A stretch of 64,000 bases of DNA from Macrostomum lignano (Eukaryota): contig NIVC01003324.1 in the NCBI GenBank assembly GCA_002269645.1, positions 40,137 through 104,136 of the forward strand. Direction: 5' to 3'. The translations under genes were made by a program, and so were the position numbers. The notes under the pieces are model-generated. The model had not been told where the DNA came from and searched no databases. It saw only the letters and a program-made list of their open reading frames with translations. Below, in pieces: positions 57,780 through 64,000 of this stretch (the first letter of the stretch is position 1; each line of letters starts with the position of its first letter).

Positions 57780-60700
57780 TTGGGATGGGGAAGTTTAGGG
57801 GGCTGGGGAAGTTTAGGGGGTTGGGGAAGTTTAGGGGGTTAGGGAAGTTTAGAGATTGGGGAAGTTTAAGGATTGGGGAAGTTTAGAGATTGGGGAAGTT
57901 TATGGGATTGGGGAAGTTTAGACATTGGGGAAGTTTATAGGATTGGGGAAGTTTATGAGATTGGGGAAGTTTATGGGATTGGGGAAGTTTATGGGATTGG
58001 GGAAGTTTATGGGATTGGGGAAGTTTAGACATTGGGGAAGTTTATGGATTGGGGGAGTTTATGGGATTGGAGAAGTTTATGAGATTGGGGAAGTTTATGG
58101 GATTGGGGAAGTTTAGACATTGGGGAAGTTTATGGATTGGGGGAGTTTATGGGATTGGGGAAGTTTATGGGATTGGGGAAGTTTATACATTGGGGAAGTT
58201 TATGGGATTGGGGAAGTTTAGACATTAGGGAAGTTTATGGGATTGGGAAAGTTTATGGGATTGGGGAAGTTTATGGGATTGGGGAAGTTTATGGGATTGG
58301 GGAAGTTTATACATTGGGGAAGTTTATGGGATTGGGGAAGTTTAGACATTGGGGAAGTTTATGGATTGGGGAGTTTATGGGATTGGGGAAGTTTATGGGA
58401 TTGGGGAAGTTTAGAGATTGGGGAAGTTTATGGGATTGGGGAAGTTTATGGGATTGGGGAAGTTTATACATTGGGGAAGTTTATGGGATTGGGGAAGTTT
58501 ATGATTGGGAAGTTTATGGATTGGGAAGTTTATGGATTGGGGAAGTTTATGGGATTGGGGAAGTTTATGGGATTGGGGAAGTTTATATTGGGGAAGTTTA
58601 TGGGATTGGGGAAGTTTAGACATTGGGGAAGTTTATGGATTGGGGAAGTTTATGGGATTGGGGAAGTTTATGGGATTGGGGAAGTTTAGAGATTGGGGAA
58701 GTTTATGGATTGGGGAAGTTTATGGGATTGGGAAGTTTATGGATTGGGGAAGTTTATGGGATTGGGGAAGTTTATGGGATTGGGGAAGTTTAGGATTGGG
58801 GAAGTTTAGATTGGGGAAGTTTATGGGATTGGGGAAGTTTATGGGATTGGGAAGTTTATGGGATTGGGGAAGTTTAGACATTGGGGAAGTTTATGGGATT
58901 GGGAAGTTTATGGGATTGGGGAAGTTTATGGGATTGGGGAAGTTTATGGGATTGGGGAAGTTTATGATTGGGGAAGTTTATGGATTGGGGAAGTTTATGG
59001 ATTGGGGAAGTTTATGGATTGGGGAAGTTTATGGGATTGGGGAAGTTTAGACATTGGGGAAGTTTATGGATTGGGGAAGTTTATGGGATTGGGGAAGTTT
59101 ATGGGATTGGGGAAGTTTATACATTGGGGAAGTTTATGGGATTGGGAAGTTTATGGGATTGGAGAAGTTTATGGATTGGGGAAGTTTATGGATTGGGGAA
59201 GTTTATACATTGGGGAAGTTTATGGATTGGGGAAGTTTAGACATTGGGGAAGTTTATGGATTGGGGAGTTTATGGGATTGGGGAAGTTTATGGGATTGGG
59301 GAAGTTTAGAGATTGGGGAAGTTTATGGGATTGGGGAAGTTTATGGGATTGGGGAAGTTTATGGGATTGGGGAAGTTTAGACATTGGGGAAGTTTATGGA
59401 TTGGGGAGTTTATGGGATTGGGAAGTTTATGAGATTGGGGAAGTTTATGGGATTGGGGAAGTTTAGACATTGGGGAAGTTTATGGATTGGGGAGTTTATG
59501 GATTGGGGAAGTTTATGGGATTGGGGAAGTTTATACATTGGGGAAGTTTATGGGATTGGGGAAGTTTAGACATTGGGAAGTTTATGGGATTGGGAAGTTT
59601 ATGGGATTGGGGAAGTTTATGGGATTGGGGAAGTTTATGGGATTGGGGAAGTTTAGACATTGGGGAAGTTTATGGATTGGGGGAGTTTATGGGATTGGGG
59701 AAGTTTATGGGATTGGGGAAGTTTAGACATTGGGGAAGTTTATGGATTGGGGAAGTTTATGGGATTGGGGAAGTTTATGGATTGGGGAAGTTTATGGGAT
59801 TGGGGAAGTTTATGATTGGGGAAGTTTAGGATTGGGGAAGTTTATGGGATTGGGGAAGTTTATGGGATTGGGGAAGTTTATGGGATTGGGGAAGTTTATG
59901 GGATTGGGGAAGTTTATGGGATTGGGGAAGTTTATGGGATTGGGGAAGTTTATGGGATTGGGGAAGTTTATGGGATTGGGGAAGTTTATGGGATTGGGGA
60001 AGTTTATGGATTGGGGAAGTTTATGGGATTGGGGAAGTTTATGGGATTGGGGAAGTTTATGACATTGGGGAAGTTTATGGATTGGGGAAGTTTATGATTG
60101 GGGAAGTTTATGGATTGGGGAAGTTTATGGGATTGGGGAAGTTTATGGGATTGGGGAAGTTTATATTGGGGAAGTTTATGGGATTGGGGAAGTTTAGACA
60201 TTGGGAAGTTTATGGGATTGGGAAAGTTTAGATTGGGGAAGTTTATGGGATTGGGGAAGTTTATACATTGGGGAAGTTTATGGGATTGGGGAAGTTTAGA
60301 CATTGGGGAAGTTTATGGATTGGGGAGTTTATGATTGGGGAAGTTTATGGATTGGGGAAGTTTAGAGATTGGGGAAGTTTATGGGATTGGGGAAGTTTAT
60401 GGGATTGGGGAAGTTTAGAGATTGGGGAAGTTTAGACATTGGGGAAGTTTATGGATTGGGGAAGTTTATGGGATTGGGAAGTTTATGGGATTGGGGAAGT
60501 TTAGACATTGGGGAAGTTTATGGGATTGGGGAAATTTATGGGATTGGGAAGTTTAGACATTGGGGAAGTTTATGGGATTGGGGAAGTTTATGGGATTGGG
60601 GAAGTTTATGGGATTGGGAAGTTTATGGGATTGGGGAAGTTTAGACATTGGGGAAGTTTATGGATTGGGGAGTTTATGGGATTGGAGAAGTTTATGAGAT

Positions 60701-62660
60701 TGGGGAAGTTTATGGGATTGGGGAAGTTTAGATTGGGGAAGTTTATGGATTGGGGAAGTTTATGGGATTGGGGAAGTTTATGGGATTGGGGAAGTTTATA
60801 CATTGGGGAAGTTTATGGGATTGGGGAAGTTTATGACATTGGGAAGTTTATGGGATTGGGAAGTTTATGGGATTGGGGAAGTTTATGGGATTGGGGAAGT
60901 TTATACATTGGGGAAGTTTATGGGATTGGGGAAGTTTAGACATTGGGGAAGTTTATGGATTGGGGAAGTTTAGACATTGGGGAAGTTTATGGGATTGGGG
61001 AAGTTTATGGATTGGGGAAGTTTATGGGATTGGGGAAGTTTATGGGATTGGGGAAGTTTATGGATTGGGGAAGTTTAGACATTGGGGAAGTTTATGGATT
61101 GGGGAAGTTTATGGGATTGGGAAGTTTATGGGATTGGGGAAGTTTAGACATTGGGAAGTTTATGGGATTGGGGAAGTTTATGAGATTGGGGAAGTTTAGA
61201 CATTGGGAAGTTTATGGATTGGGGAAGTTTATGGGATTGGGGAAGTTTATGGGATTGGGAAGTTTATGGGATTGGGGAAGTTTAGACATTGGGGAAGTTT
61301 ATGGGATTGGGGGAGTTTATGGGATTGGAGAAGTTTATGATTGGGGAAGTTTATGGGATTGGGGAAGTTTATGATTGGGGAAGTTTATGGATTGGGGAAG
61401 TTTATGATTGGGGAAGTTTATGGGATTGGGGAAGTTTATACATTGGGGAAGTTTATGGGATTGGGGAAGTTTAGACATTGGGGAAGTTTATGGATTGGGG
61501 AAGTTTAGATTGGGGAAGTTTATGGGATTGGGGAAGTTTATGGGATTGGGGAAGTTTATGGGATTGGGGAAGTTTAGACATTGGGGAAGTTTATGGGATT
61601 GGGGAAGTTTATGGGATTGGGGAAGTTTATGGGATTGGGGAAGTTTAGGATTGGGGAAGTTTATGGGATTGGGGAAGTTTATGGGATTGGGGAAGTTTAG
61701 GATTGGGGAAGTTTATGGGATTGGGGAAGTTTATGGGATTGGGGAAGTTTATGGGATTGGGGAAGTTTATGGGATTGGGGAAGTTTAGACATTGGGGAAG
61801 TTTATGGATTGGGGAAGTTTATGGGATTGGAGAAGTTTATGATTGGGGAAGTTTATGGGATTGGGGAAGTTTAGACATTGGGGAAGTTTATGGATTGGGG
61901 AAGTTTATGGGATTGGGGAAGTTTATGGGATTGGGGAAGTTTATGGGATTGGGGAAGTTTAGGGATTGGGAAGTTTAGATTGGGGAAGTTTATGATTGGG
62001 GAAGTTTATGGATTGGGGAAGTTTAGATTGGGGAAGTTTATGGATTGGGGAAGTTTATGGATTGGGGAAGTTTATGGATTGGGGAAGTTTAGAGATTGGG
62101 GAAGTTTATGGATTGGGGAAGTTTATGGGATTGGGGAAGTTTATGGGATTGGGGAAGTTTATGGGATTGGGGAAGTTTATGGGATTGGGGAAGTTTATGG
62201 ATTGGGGAAGTTTAGACATTGGGGAAGTTTATGGGATTGGGGAAGTTTATGGGATTGGGAAGTTTATGGGATTGGGGAAGTTTATGGGATTGGGGAAGTT
62301 TATGGGATTGGGGAAGTTTATGGATTGGGAAGTTTAGACATTGGGAAGTTTATGGGATTGGGGAAGTTTATGGGATTGGGGAAGTTTATGGGATTGGGGA
62401 AGTTTATGGGATTGGGGAAGTTTATGGGATTGGGGAAGTTTATGGATTGGGAAGTTTAGATTGGGAAGTTTAGGGATTGGGGAAGTTTAGGGGGTTGGGG
62501 AAGTTTAGGGGGTTGGGGAAGTTTATGGGATTGGGGAAGTTTATGGGATTGGGAAGTTTAAGATTGGGGAAGTTTAGAGGGGAAGTTTGGGAAGTTTATG
62601 GGATTGGGGAAGTTTATGGGATTGGGGAAGTTTATGGGATTGGGGAAGTTTAGGGGGATT
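57780..62660. repeat. About 4.9-kb G-rich satellite, 17-19-bp unit (TTGGGGAAGTTTATGGGA(T); variants ...TTTAGACA, ...TTTATACA)
   Basis: Continuous tandem array immediately upstream of PTGR3. Confidence 0.97.
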
Positions 62661-62938
62661 TTTTAACGATATGCGAAGGTTTGACTTGGTTTAAGGAGCA
62701 AAAATTCCGATTTAATTGTCTAATAACTTGAAAATAGGATGGTCAAGTTGAACAAAATCATGGAATTAATCAGAGTTAACACTCTACTGACTTATATTTG
62801 GACAAGAAAGAGTTCGGCACAAGAATTACAAAAGCGCACAAGTGGAAAACACAGTAAACTGAATAAATGACATTTTTGTTAAAATCTTCAACTCAAGCTC
62901 TGTTTTGGAACATTTAATTCAAGTAGTATGCTTAGCGC

Positions 62939-63893
62939 ATAGGGTCGGCAAACCTCGGCCAGCGACTCTCTAACACTCTCCATCCGGTCCTCGGGTCCTT
63001 TAAAACTTCACAATAGCAATCTGACTCTTCTCTCCCCTCTCATACCCTCTTCTCTTCTCCCCTCTCATACCCTCTTCTCTTCTCTCCCCTCTCATACCCT
63101 CTTCTCTTCTCTCCCCTCTCATACCCTCTTTCTCTTCTCTCCCCTCTCATACCCTCTTGTCTTCTCTCCCCTCTCATACCCTCTTCTCTTCTTCCCTCTC
63201 ATACCCTCTTCTCTTCTCCCCTCTCATACCCTCTTCTCTTCTCTCCCTCTCATACCCTCTTGTCTTCTCTCCCCTCTCATACCCTCTTCTCTTCTCTCCC
63301 CTCTCATACCCTCTTTCTCTTCTCTCCCCTCTCATACCCTCTTGTCTTCTCTCCCCTCTCATACCCTCTTCTATTCTTCCCTCTCATACCCTCTTCTCTT
63401 CTCCCCTCTCATACCCTCTTTCTCTTCTCTCCCCTCTCATACCCTATTTCTCTTCTCTCCCCTCTCATACCCTCTTTCTCTTCTCTCCCCTCTCATACCC
63501 TCTTTCTCTTCTCTCCCCTCTCATACCCTCTTTCTCTTCTCTCCCCTCTCATACCCTCTTCTCTTCTCTCCCCTCTCATACCCTCTTTCTCTTCTCTCCC
63601 CTCTCATACCCTCTTCTCTTCTCTCCCCTCTCATACCCTCTTCTCTTCTCTCCCCTCTCATACCCTCTTTCTCTTCTCTCTCCTCTCATACCTCTTCTCT
63701 TCTCTCCCTCCTCTCCTCTCCCTCTCTCTCTCTTCTCTCCATCCTTCCTCTCCCTTTTACTCTGCCTCATCTGCTCCCCTCTTAGATCTTTTCTTATCTC
63801 ATCTCACGTCTCCCCTCCTCTCTCATCTGGCCCGCAGCCATAAGTTGCGTTCTGTTTCTGGCCACTTGAGGTAAAAAAGTTTGCCGACCTCAG
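62939..63893 (-). mobile_element. hAT-type MITE of the same family as 401-797, with the interior expanded into a CT-rich minisatellite of about 25 bp (63025-63700)
   Basis: Ends GGGTCGGCAAAC / GTTTGCCGACCT. Subterminal sequence (TTACCTCAAG.GGCCAGA...CTGCGGGCCAGA; AAAGGACC) aligns with the 401-797 copy in the opposite orientation. Confidence 0.75.
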
Positions 63894-64000
63894 GCTCGGC
63901 GCGGTGCACCAATCAGTATTTTTACGATCATGAAAACGCAATCTTAAATACTTACTGACTAGTAGAGCATAGTGGATATAAAATTTCGTATAGAGAATGG

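Noticed and set aside
57925-62473. Dozens of overlapping ORFs (MGLGKF/DWGSL/IGEVY repeats)
   Set aside because: These are translations of the 17-19-bp satellite in all frames, with no splice or domain evidence.
63157-63874. Ser/Leu/Pro-rich ORFs of 147-228 aa
   Set aside because: They are translations of the CT-rich minisatellite inside a MITE.

Overview
Eukaryotic (invertebrate-type metazoan) genomic DNA with GC-rich exons, GT-AG introns, AT-rich spacers and very dense tandem repeats. The style resembles long-read flatworm assemblies such as Macrostomum, but that is inference only. Seven intact multi-exon genes can be spliced by hand: ACSS1-like acetyl-CoA synthetase (+), CtIP/RBBP8 (+), two tandem divergent p24/TMED GOLD-domain genes (-), a claudin/PMP22-like tetraspan (+), a KChIP-like EF-hand protein (+) and PTGR3/ZADH2 (-). 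A fibrinogen-domain (FReD) gene is interrupted by an RTE-type LINE with an intact ORF. Other mobile elements are a full-length defective Mag-type Ty3/Gypsy LTR element, a hAT transposon with an apparent 5-bp TSD, several MITEs, a foldback-like palindrome, two tRNA/CORE-type SINEs and a LINE endonuclease fragment. The most striking hidden signal is an HDV-like self-cleaving ribozyme fold at the 5' end of the RTE LINE (about 37795-37908). Also notable are altered phospho-sites in CtIP, a minisatellite in nearly every long intron, satellites that share cores or have a visible single-copy seed, and a perfect 63-nt hairpin. No rRNA, bona fide tRNA or CRISPR array was found.
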